Part shown: positions 53,477-64,000 of the stretch, in pieces
Layout of the letters: each line of letters opens with the position of its first letter
Numbering within the stretch: the first letter of the stretch is position 1
Source: Malacoraja senta
Lineage: Eukaryota
Assembly: GCA_038087875.1 (NCBI GenBank)
Contig: CM075992.1
Coordinates: 1,056,001 to 1,120,000, forward strand
Length of the DNA: 64,000 nt
Direction: 5' to 3'
Made by a program: the position numbers and the translations under genes
The notes under the pieces: generated by a model
What the model saw: only the letters and a program-made list of their open reading frames with translations
The model's database searches: none
Told to the model about the DNA's origin: nothing

Positions 53477-54915
53477 ATCAAAATTGAAGCCTTCATCTAA
53501 ATCTCTGCCATTCGTGAATCGAACTCTGCTGTTCCTCTCAGTCTGCAGGCTTAGTTGATCAAGATCAAGTTGACCAACAAAAGGTGCTGATATGGTTTGT
53601 ATGGATGTGGTGTATCACACAATACATGAGACTATCTTTTGGTGCAGCCAGGAATCTGTCGTACAACACTTTTTTACTTATTCTGCAGAAACATTGGCGT
53701 GTGTTGTTCTGAAATTATTTAAAATGGGGTAATGTTATTAAAAATAGCATCTGCCATCTGTTTCTTCTATTCTAGATTGAAGACTGTGCAGTAATCAGGG
53801 CAGACCATGAGGCAGCCTACAAATAGGGCCAGCCACTCTTGGGTCCATCAAGAATCTTGGCAGCTAGATTTTCATCTGATTGGAAGGATTCAGATTAACC
53901 TTGACCAGTGAGCCAGTAAGGGTATCATTGTTAAACATTGGTGTAAGAAGGAACTGCAGATGCTGGTTTACACCGTAGACACAAAATGCTGGAGTAACTC
54001 AGCGGGACAGGCAGGATCTCTGGAGAGAAGGAATAGGTGACATTCAGACTGATGAAGGGTCTTAACCCTAAATGTCATCTATCTCTTCTCTCCAGAGATC
54101 CTGCCTGACCCGCTGAGTTACTCCAGCATTTTGTATCTATCCATTTGTTGGTGATCACTGTCTAATCTGCAATGCCCACATATCCCACATATTGATAGGT
54201 ATATGGACGGGAAAGGAATGGAGGGTTATGGTCTGAGTGCAGGTAGACGGGACTAGGGGAGAATAAGTGTTCGGCACGGACTAGAAGGGCCGAGATGGCC
54301 TGTTTCCGTGCTGTAATTGTTATATGGTTATATCATTCATCACTTTGAGTGAATTGGCCATGGTGATCACAGCCCCAAAATGTAAACATAGATGTTTGTT
54401 TTGGGTCCATTGTCCAACCTTTTGTGGCTCATTGACACATTTTATTTGACAGATTTCCCTTACATTGTTTACTTGCATTAAATATTCTCGATGATGGCGA
54501 ATTGTTCACGGGTTTGACTGAAAGTAATTCCCAGTTTTGTGTGGCTGAAGATCCCAAGGACAGAGAGAAAGCTGGAGGTCCCTCTGCATCCCAATCAGCA
54601 AACCTCCAGAGCTGCTGCTTTGGACACCTAGAATCATACAGCATAGAAACAGGCCCTTCGGCCCAACTGGCCCATGCCGACCAAGATTCCCAAATCTGCA
54701 CTGGTCCCACCTACCCATATCCCTCTAAACCTTTCCTATCCATGTACCTGTCCAAATGTCCTACAGGTGTTGTGATAGTAAGGATTCCTTAAGCATCATC
54801 TGCTTTGATCTGCTGTTTGCACATCTTAATTGGTGCATATGATGATAAATGTGAACAAACGTGAACTACATTCTCTGTGTACCCGTCCATATCTCCAGTT
54901 TCCCTCTCCCTCTCA

Positions 54916-54947
54916 GTCTGAAGAAGGGTCTCGACCCGAAACGTCAC
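54916..54947 (+). ncRNA. Minimal hammerhead motif
   Basis: Intact CTGAAGAAGGGTCTCGACCCGAAACGTC. Confidence 0.7.
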
Positions 54948-55542
54948 CCATTCCTTCTCTCCAGAGATGCTGCCCGTCCCGCTGAGTTACTCCAGCATAT
55001 TTGTGTCTATCTTTCAGAATTTAATTGTTCTATATATGACAACTCTTGACTCTTGATTCAAAGGCAGTGTCTGAATATGGAGAGGCTTTACTCATTTTTT
55101 AGTTGTAGTAAGTAAGTAAGTAAGTAAATATTATTTATATAGCACGTTTAAATCAACTCGCGTTGAAACCAAAGTGCTTTACATAAAAGAAATAATAAAA
55201 AAAATAATTACGTTTCCGTACATCCATAGAAAAATTTAAAATCAGAAAAATGACATAATACATTGTAGAATTCAACAAGAACGTCCCCCCCACAACAGAA
55301 TCAAAATTTTCCACTGTGGGGAAAGGCAACAAAAAGTTAAGTCCTCTTCCTCTGTGAAACACCCTACTGAATGTACCAAACCTCAACTTTGTAAATGACC
55401 TCTGAGGCCAGAGCCTGTTGCTATCTTAACCCTGTGACCCTGTTACCAAACTGTCGCTCTCCATCCGTCATCCATGTATTTCTTCACCTCACCCCCCTCA
55501 TTACTTACTCTGCCCATCTACCTGGGGGAAGGCCATGCCCAC

Positions 55543-55752
55543 CTGGTATTGGGTCTTGTTGATACCGATTAGAAAGATGAGCTCAGCTATGAAGAGGTTG
55601 ATGCAGAGGTTCTTGTGGATGGTGTTGCGGTCAGTCTGGATCCCTCGGAGGAAGCAGAAGGTGGAGATGCAGATTGTGAGGCAGACCAGCGAGATGACGA
55701 TACCAACCCAGGTGATCACGGACAGCAGCAGTCTATGCATTCGGTCTTCGTA
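55543..55752 (-). CDS. ADGRL1: Adhesion GPCR latrophilin internal exon (210 bp, TM1-TM2: [70 protein letters not shown])
   Basis: Peptide matches the latrophilin post-GPS TM1/TM2 segment; [16 protein letters not shown] and KTQY are ADGRL1-type residues. Acceptor ttccccacCAG (AG at 55754-55753), donor GTGGGC at 55542, phase 0/0. Confidence 0.9.
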
Positions 55753-57519
55753 CTGGTGGGGAAAGCAGAAAGACAATGAGAGATGTCATCAATGCACGCA
55801 GTAAGTCAAGTGACAATGAACGACGCAACACACTGGAATAACTCAGCGGGACAGGCAGCATCTCAGGAGAGAAGGAACGGGTGTCATTTCATTTCGGGTC
55901 GACCCCTAACCAGTCTGAATAGCTTCTCCGCGCTGTTATCAAACTACTGAATGGACCTATATCGTTCGCTGAGGGATCTCCCTTGTTGCCCTTGCACTTT
56001 CTCTGAAGAAGTAGCATTTTAACGCTATAGTCTTTGGTGCAGGATTATTTAATGGATGATTCAATTCAATGATTATTGCCACGTGTACCTAGGGACAGTG
56101 AAATGCTTTGTTCTGCATGTAACTCATACAGCAGACCTCACCTGGTCAGTACATACGTGGCATCAGGTTTTGGCACCGACAACGATACAAGATGGTCGAT
56201 GCTCAGCACGGACTTGGATCCGTGTCTCTATCTATTTCACCCAGCAATGAACAATATTCCTTCCTTAACACTTACAATACTTGTCTTTTGTGAATGCTAC
56301 ATTCGGACTATGCGCTCAGACGAATCCCTCTCTCTATTGCAGTTTTTTACTTAAAAGAAAAAGAAAAATCATGGCAAAATGGCCAATTACAAATTTTCCT
56401 CGCATTGTTCTCGATCTGAGGGACCTTTGCTACCTCTAACTCAGCTTTGGCTTGTACTGCATGCCAGCTCCAAAATGAGTTCAGCTTCTTGCAACTTCCG
56501 GAAGATGTCCCTGGACTACTTAGTTGAGAATAAGTCGGATCCAATTCTGAATCCCGACAAGAAACCTTTCAATTTTTGCCCACTCCTGGGTTGCCCTCGA
56601 CTTCTGTATCGGTGCAGAGCCATTATTAATACTATAAAGGAAGTTACCAAGGGAGCCCGCGTAGCCCGAGGCAACGCACTTGCCTCCCTTCCCGCTGGTA
56701 CTGCAGTAATTGCTTTAATAGCTGAAGTTAAATTTTGGTACACGCTCGGGGACAAGGGGCAAGACCCCTCATGGTATCACAGGCCAATGCCTACAACATG
56801 CCAAGCATCAACTTCAGAAAAGCAACGGCAAGTTCCAGAGGCCACCGTTTGCTGTTTACTCCCAATTGCCACGAAAGGCAAGCGGCAGAAACCGTGAAAT
56901 ATTGGAAGCCTGAAAGAGGAACAGTTTGGAGACATTGCAAGTGAGAGGCAAACGGCACAGAGGCAGAACACCGAGTTGCCAAGGTTACGCCTTCCATCAA
57001 AACAGAAGGGCATAGGTTTAAGGCGAAGGGGGAAAAAATTTAATAGGAATCTGAGGGATAGCTTTTTCACACAGAGGGTGGTGGGTGTATAGAACGAGCT
57101 GCCAGAGGAGGTAGTTGAGGCTGGGACCATCGCAAAGTTTAAGAAACATTTGGACAGGTACATGGATAGGACATGTTTGGAGGGATATGGGACTAGTGCA
57201 GATGGGACAAGTTGGCCATCTTTAGTCAGAGGGTGGTGAATCTGTAAAATTCTTTGCCACAGCAGGATGTGGAGGCCGTGGATACATTTAAGGCAGAGAC
57301 AGATAGATTTTACTTCGGAGTCACGTGAGTGACTACGTGAAGAACCCGTCCAGCACGCATGCGCGGCATTAGCGTTCACGCAGCGCAACAGCGACGAACG
57401 GGAGTACAGGCGCTCCCGCTACAAGTTTAAAAAGCGGACCATCAGGTAAGTACCTACTCTGAGGTCGTACTTAAGAAGCTTTGCTCTGCTTTGTGAATTC
57501 CAGGTAACAAGCTGGAAAA

Positions 57520-58692
57520 ATGAGCAAAGCACAGCAAGGGAACAAGACCGCCCCCCGTTCGACTCCAACAGAACGTGAGTGTCCCATCAGTGGCGGGCGA
57601 GAGGCGGCACCTGGACCGCACATGCTGCGGCACACCCTCATTGAGACCGAGCCGAGCCCAGTACCGCTAGCGCAGCCTGACAAACAGCAGCGGGCTGGAG
57701 GTAAATCAAGACAAAAAACTGACTGGACGATTATATCTGACTCCGATGAGGAGGACTCTCCGCCTGAGGCGGCAGAGCTAGCCGCCTGAGCTGCATGGAA
57801 GGCTCATGGAGCAAATGCTCCAGCGAGACTTGCTTCAGGAGCTGGAGCAGTCTTGCCAAGGGAATTCAGGCACTCCCACATCAGTGCCTTACAATGCACT
57901 GCCCATCACTTCCCCCTCAGCCGAGGGCAGCGTTGGCGACCAGGGCTGGGCTGCTCAGGAACAGGGGTCATTGGCCGAAGATATCGGGAGTACGCTTGGG
58001 GTACAGGACCAGGAAGAGCTGCTGGGTGTGGTGAATCGCTACGTGGCTACACCACGAGCAGGGCGGCCGTTGCAGCCAAAACTGGCGGCCAGCATTAACC
58101 ACCTGTCCCTCAAACCCCTACAAGAACAGCAAATCTGGGGGTATGTTGGACAGAGTATCCGGAACCAGGAGCTAAAATTACAGCGTATCCTCAAGCTCCT
58201 GACGACAGGGATAACATCCTATGCTCGTTCCGTGGATGGGGTGGATATGACCACCAACCAGCAAGACACTCTGGCTCTGCTGTGCAACACTCAATATGAG
58301 ATAAACAACCTCCGCAAGGAGAGAATAAGACCTGCCCTCAATCCCAAATATGCAGGACTGTGTAAAACACCGGCCTCAGAGCCGCAGATCCTGTTATTTG
58401 GAAAGGACGTGAAAGACCTGGAGGAAGAGTCCAAAGCATTTGGCCTCATGAGGGCAGGCCCCGGAACGAGCAGACCCACACAACCCAGACGGCAGTATCC
58501 CCACCGCGTCCACCAGTCGACGTCAAACTTATGGGACTGGTGAAAGCTCGGGGTCCGCATACCATCCCCGAAAGCCTTTTTTTAGGTCAGGGCCCAGAGC
58601 GGACCCCATGGAAAATGCGCCACCCCCAACCAGCAGTACATCCAGCAGTACAACGACGGATGAAGAAACTGAAGAAAGCAACACTCCCATAA
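57520..58692 (+). pseudogene. DIRS gag-like ORF1, broken into 57520-57789, 57806-58543 and a basic C-terminal piece
   Basis: Lies upstream of RT inside the element. Contains helical gag-like motifs (ALLCNTQYEINNLRKERIRPALNPKYAGLC, LLFGKD). Several frameshifts. Confidence 0.65.
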
Positions 58693-60200
58693 CTATGGAG
58701 GTAGGTGGGTCTGGTTCCTACCAGCATATAAAAAGTGGGGGAACAGTACTAACAGGGGGGAGATTACATCTGTTCGTTGAAGCATGGAGGTCTATCACGA
58801 ATGATAGTTATATACTTAACAGTATTCGTGGATACAAAATAGAGTTCATTCAAGAAAACATGCCACCAGTTCAGCACGTACCCCAAAGGGTCTTTACCCT
58901 CTCAGTCAAAGAGAAACTAGAGGGTCAAGCAGAACTGGTGAGGTTACTTACAAAGGGTATCATTGAGAAATCCAAACATGAACCTTTGGAATTTGTCTCA
59001 AATATATTTACCAAAAACAAAAAAGATGGTGGATGTCGCATCATCATTGTCTTAACTTCACTAAATACCTTTGTTAAGTATGTACATTTCAAAATAGAAA
59101 CATTTGTCACTGCCAAACAACTGATTTCCAAAGGATTCTTTATAGCAGGCATTGATTTAAAAGATGCCTACTATACAGTACCCATTCATAAGGGTCATCG
59201 CAGATACCTGAAATTTACCTGGATGGGGCAACTATGGCAGTTTAAAGCGTTGCCTAATGGGTTAACATCAGCCCCAAGACTATTTACCAAGATATTAAAA
59301 CCAGCCTTGGCAACATTAAGAAAACAAAGACATATTGTCATGGCATATCTTGATGATATTCTAATAGTTGGCAAAACCATGGAGTTGGCTAAATCAGCTG
59401 TATTAGCTACCAAACAATTGTTTGAAACCCTGGGATTTGTCTTACATCCAGATAAATCTAAGTTGACGCCATCCACAACTATGGACTATCTAGGATTCAC
59501 AATTAACTCAGTCCACATGTCCGTAACGTTGCCAAAAGATAAAGCAGCAGAATTGGCACAGACGTGCAACAATTTAATGGTTAGCAATCGACCAACCATC
59601 CGACAAATGGCAAGAGTAATTGGCAAAATGGTAGCAGCATTTCCAGCTACACAATTTGGACCCCTGCACTATCAAAACCTACAAAGGGCAAAAGTACAGG
59701 CGTTAAAACGACGTGCAGGTCACTTTGACCGAACCATGAAATTACCCATTGAAGCTATATCAGAGTTACAGTGGTGGATAGAGCACATTTGGCATAGTTC
59801 CAGCCCTATCATCATCAATAACCCAACATTAACTATACAAACAGATGCCAGTGCTCAAGGCTGGGGAGCAACTAATACCATATCCAGCACAGGTGGTAGA
59901 TGGACTAACCTAGAATCATCTTTACTACAAACACTGGGCATAAATTATTTGGAAATGTTGGGTGCGTTTTATGGTTTAAAAGCATATTCCACGAATATGC
60001 ACCATCTGCATGTTCGTTTACAAATTGATAATACCACGGTGGTGGCCTATATTAAACCATATGGGCGGAATAAAATCGATATCATGTGACAATTTGGTCA
60101 ACAAAATCTGGCAATGGTGTGTCGATAGACATATTTGGCTATCAGCAACTTACCTACCAGGTAAGCTAAATACAGTGGCAGACACCAGGTCACGCAAATT
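58608..60200 (+). pseudogene. DIRS reverse transcriptase + RNase H
   Basis: RT motifs IDLKDAYYTVPI, ALPNGLTSAPRLFTK, YLDD. RNase H motifs TDASAQGWG, INYLEM, IDNTTVVAYI. An extra A at about 60054-60056 shifts the frame, which continues as NHMGG...NTVADTRSR. Confidence 0.92.
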
Positions 60201-60664
60201 CAATGATAACACCGAATGGTTGTTAAATCCTAGAGCTTTTGCTAAAATTACAAAGCAATATGGCACACCAGATATCAATCTCTTTGCATCCAGACTAAAT
60301 CACCAGGTACCAATGTATGTCGCTTGGGAACCAGACCCTGAGGCAGCAGCGATAGATGCATTCGCGTTGAACTGGGGAAACTATTTCTTTTATGCTTTTC
60401 CCCCCTTCTGCCTCATCAGTAGGGTACTACGCAAAATACAGATGGACTCTGCTTAAGGTGTTTTGATAGTACCAACTGGCCTACACAGCCATGGTTCCCA
60501 GTGGTCCTCGACATGGTCATCGAAACTCGTATGACCTTTCCCAGTAGCCCAGACCTATTGACGCACCCAGTATCAGGCATAAGTCAACCATGCCATGACA
60601 AAATTAACCTACTGGGTTGCAGATTATCAAAAGACCACTGCTGGGCCTGGGATTGTCTGACATG
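60200..60664 (+). pseudogene. DIRS DNA N6-adenine methyltransferase-like domain
   Basis: Motifs NLFASRLNHQ, DAFALNW, YAFPPF. TAA at 60454-60456, then GVLIVP and (after a 1-nt loss) WPTQPWFP. Typical of the MT-like domain of DIRS1 elements. Confidence 0.8.
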
Positions 60665-61585
60665 ACCATCAACACGATGACAGCGTTCCACCGTATGTCC
60701 ACCAGGAAACAATACCTATCGAGCATCAGGAAGCGTGAAAGATACTGCTCGACAACTGGGACAACATACTCATCTGCAACCATAACCAATGTACTGGAGT
60801 TCCTGGCTGGCCTTCACCATAATGAAGGATTGAGCTACAGCGCCATCAATACTGCCAGAAGTGCTCTGTCAGCCTACTTAAAACAAGTACCAAGACAACA
60901 GGCCATAGGGTCTCACCCGCTGGTGATTAAACTCATGAGGGGTATATTCAACTCCAACCCCCCTAGACCTAGATACACCAGAATCTGGGATGTCAGTGTG
61001 GTCCTGACATACCTAAGGGGATGGTCACCAGCCAGGTCTCTCACCCTGGAACAGCTAACCCTGAAAACGGTCATGCTGATGGCACTAGTCTCAGCACAAA
61101 GAGTCCAGTCCCTCCACTTACTGCGACTGGACAACATGGTTATAACACCAGACCGGGTCTCATTCACCATTCAGGAGCTGGTAAAGCAGAGCAGGCCAGG
61201 ATATTCAGGCCTAGTTATGGATTTCCGGGCATACCCACCTGACCCACGGTTGTGTGTCATGACTCACCTTCTCACTTACATCAACACAACAAGAGATTCC
61301 CGAGGGAGAGAAAAAGCCTTATGGGTCAGCCACAAGAAACCTCATGGTTGGGTGTCGAGCCAAACCATCTCAAGATGGCTCAAGCAGGTACTGGGAGCTG
61401 CTGGAGTAGATACTGACGTATATACATCTCACTCCACTAGGGCAGCATCCACATCGGCGGCTAAAAGGATGGACGTACCACTGGACCACATCCTGGCTAC
61501 AGCGGGGTGGTCCATGGAGAAAACGTTCCAAACGTTCTACAACAAGCCGCTAGCAGAACCTGTGTTATTTGCAGAAAGAGTTTAG
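60617..61585 (+). CDS. DIRS tyrosine recombinase (open frame, first ATG at 60662)
   Basis: N-terminal core-binding segment (SYSAINTARSALS), SAQR, HSTR, AGWS, TFQTFY: the R...H-x-x-R...W...Y catalytic set. No internal stop. Confidence 0.9.
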   Translation: MQIIKRPLLGLGLSDMTINTMTAFHRMSTRKQYLSSIRKRERYCSTTGTTYSSATITNVLEFLAGLHHNEGLSYSAINTARSALSAYLKQVPRQQAIGSHPLVIKLMRGIFNSNPPRPRYTRIWDVSVVLTYLRGWSPARSLTLEQLTLKTVMLMALVSAQRVQSLHLLRLDNMVITPDRVSFTIQELVKQSRPGYSGLVMDFRAYPPDPRLCVMTHLLTYINTTRDSRGREKALWVSHKKPHGWVSSQTISRWLKQVLGAAGVDTDVYTSHSTRAASTSAAKRMDVPLDHILATAGWSMEKTFQTFYNKPLAEPVLFAERV

Positions 61586-61769
61586 AATCTGCAAATATAT
61601 AATTTAAGCCCGGGGGAGCATTTTGTCTTTTGTTATTGTTTAATAGATACCATTATTGTTTACAAACAGATTCATGGTTGATTACGATAACATACTTCCT
61701 CCCTTGAATGACTTCGGCAGTGAGTGAAGTATGAACTGTTACACGGTTTGAAATCACAGAGCTTTAAAA

Positions 61770-61882
61770 TCTTCACGTAGTCACTCACGTGACTCCGAAG
61801 TAAAATAGTAAGATTAAACGAGAACTTACCAGTTTGAAGTTTGATCTGTATTTAATGAGGAGTTACGTTGAGGGATTACGTG
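61770..61882. repeat. DIRS internal complementary region (ICR)
   Basis: Reverse complement of the element's 5' end (57308-57343) joined to reverse complement of its 3' end (62028-62106), with 2 mismatches. Confidence 0.92.
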
Positions 61883-63446
61883 CCCACCGCTCCCACCCTC
61901 AATTATAGAGATCAACTGGTATCTTAGTTCTCCTTTTCTTTACTATGTTTATTTCAATTATTGTGTTTCCTGTGATTCCACACCGCTGCTTTGAAGTATG
62001 TCGCGCATGCGTGCTGGACGGGGTCTTCACGTAATCCCTCATCGTAACTCCTCATAAAATACAGATCAAACTTCAAACTGGTAAGTTCTCGTTTAATCTT
62101 ACTATTCTTGATTAGTGCAGGAGTCAGAAGTTATGGGGAGAAGGCAGGAAAATGGGGTTAAGAGGGAGAGATCGATCAGCCATGATTGAATGGCGGAGTA
62201 GGATTGATGGACCAAATGGCCTAATTCTGCTCCTGTCACTTATGATCTTATGGCGTGGGCAAGTTGGGCCGAAGGGCCTGTTTCCATGCCCATAGTATGT
62301 CTATGACTCCAAGAATCAAAACCCAAGCCATTATCATTCTGTTCTGAAGAAGGTTACAGACTTGCCTCTACTGACGCTATTGTGCATTTCCAGATTAATC
62401 CTGAGCTTGCCGTTGACAATATCTCTCAGAGAATTCAGATTGTTATCTTAAGTATATTAATCACCTCATGAAGAGTGATATTTAACAGCACCTCAGAGAT
62501 TCTGTCCAGGGTACATGGGTTTCACTGAAGTTCCCCAGTGACAACACTCTCTTTCCGGAGTCGAGAGAGGCGTTGGGTGGGAGGCGAGAAGCTGACGGCA
62601 TAACCTCCCTATAAATAAGACAGTTTCACACCTGTTCTCCAAATAACTCTGGGAAAGGTTTCATTCACAGGAAGTTGCTCTTCCTGTGTCGACTTTGGAT
62701 CAACGCCGCTAACCCTGTTGTCGAGCACCGACATTTTTTGGGAAGCACGAGAACAGAAGTAAAAGCACAAGAGTGCGTCTGATCCTCTACGAAAGCCACA
62801 CATTCCCGTATCCCTCGGCTTCATTCATATCCAACAATCCATAAGCCTCGGTAAGGTAGACCAAATATTAACACAATATCGGGGTGGGAGATTGCAACCT
62901 TCACGTGGTCCTCCGTTTCAACAAATGCAATCATCCTGGCGTGCACAATCAAATAAGATCAAATAGAACAAAATGTTTAAGAAGGAACTGCAGATGCTCG
63001 AAAATCGAAGGTAGACAAAAATGCTGGAGAAACTCAGCGGGTGCAGCAGCATCTATGGAGCGAAGGAAATAGGCAACGTTTCGGGCATTGACTTCCCTAA
63101 TTTCAGGCAGTTTTTACTTCTCCCCTTCTCAGCTCTCCCTCAGCCCACTGGCTCCACCTCTTCCTTTCTTCTCGAAAGAAGAGGAAGAATGTCTACTCCG
63201 CCATTCAATCATGGCTGATCTAACTCTCCCTCCTAACCCCATTCTCCTGCCTTCTCCCCATAACCCCTGACACCCGTACTAATCAAGAATCCTTCAATCT
63301 CCGCCTTAAAAATATCCATTGACTTGGCCTCCACAGCCGTATGTGGCTATGAATTCCACAGATTCACCACCCTCTGACTAAAGAAATTCCTCCTCATCTC
63401 CTTCCTAAAGGAACATCCTTCAAATTCTGAGACTATGATCTCTAGT

Positions 63447-63605
63447 CCTAGACTCTCCCACTAGTGGAGACATCCTCTCCAGACTCTCCTGGACTCTCCC
63501 ACTAGTGGAGACATCCTCTCCAGACTCTCCTAGACTCTCCCACTAGTGGAGACATCCTCTCCAGACTCTCCTAGACTCTCCCACTAGTGGAGACATCCTC
63601 TCCAG
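63447..63605. repeat. 41-bp tandem repeat (about 4 copies) derived from CR1 sequence
   Basis: Unit GACTCTCCCACTAGTGGAGACATCCTCTCCAGACTCTCCTA. Confidence 0.9.
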
Positions 63606-64000
63606 TTGTGTGAGTGGGAGGAAGCATGGTTTGGTTTAGTTGCTGATGTAGACGATAGACAACTAACAGACGATACACACCCATTACGCAACCATGTGCC
63701 CCCTCCTAGGTGGTTCAAATCCTGTAAGGGCTTCCTAACCAGCGTCACCCCATTGGAAACAACACCAACTGAAGCTGGCCTCCAGCTGTGCAAGGACAGA
63801 CTAGCCACTGTCCCTATTTCCACCAAGTTGGGCACACACCAGCAGCAGAGCGCTGACCACCAGCTGCTGATGAACACTGGCTGAACTGGAGATGTCTCAA
63901 CCGGCTGCGAACCGGGGTCGGGCGGTCAAGGGTGACAATGCACAAATGGGGCTACATCGAGGGTACATCAACCTGTGACTGTGGCACACAGACCCAGACA
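63606..64000 (+). mobile_element. Vingi/Ingi-like LINE ORF C-terminal fragment (runs off the window)
   Basis: WRCLNRLRTGVGRSRVTMHKWGY...TCDCGTQTQT from about 63887, the start of a C-terminal zinc knuckle; HPLRNH upstream. Confidence 0.7.

Larger units (their letters stand above)
57307..62106 (+). mobile_element. DIRS1-type tyrosine-recombinase retrotransposon, complete length but with frame disruptions
   Basis: Gene order gag, RT/RNase H, MT, YR. ITRs at 57334-57365 and 62002-62033. ICR at 61770-61882. Interrupts a CR1-tail repeat at an ATT trinucleotide with no longer TSD. Confidence 0.95.

Noticed and set aside
56347..56944. ORFs of 65-172 aa upstream of the ADGRL1 exon
   Set aside because: No GAIN/GPS motif; at best faint resemblance to a decayed L1 ORF1, which I cannot support.

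Overview
Vertebrate genomic DNA, most likely from a cartilaginous fish (skate/ray/shark). This is inferred from the repeat content: V-SINE/HE1-like SINEs, Deu-domain SINEs and CR1. Host genes, both on the minus strand: coding exons 1-2 and the CpG-island promoter of an ASF1 histone chaperone (probably ASF1B) at about 1.9-2.7 kb, and one TM1-TM2 exon of latrophilin ADGRL1 at 55.5 kb. The rest is dense with mobile DNA. (i) A complete-length DIRS1-type tyrosine-recombinase retrotransposon (57.3-62.1 kb) with ITRs, an internal complementary region, a 3-bp ATT crossover, and gag, RT/RNase H, methyltransferase-like and recombinase domains. (ii) A very abundant Penelope-like (GIY-YIG) family whose short derivatives carry a minimal hammerhead-ribozyme motif (CUGAAGA-A-stem II-GAAAC-GUH); these occur as solo inserts with 11-17 bp target duplications, as fold-backs and as tandem concatemers. 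(iii) PIF/Harbinger-type MITEs sharing a GGGCCTGTCCCAC terminus with 3-bp TSDs. (iv) hAT MITEs and L1, CR1, Rex/L2-like and Vingi-like LINE fragments. There is a 200-N assembly gap at 46745-46944. All calls come from reading the sequence by eye; no database search was run.
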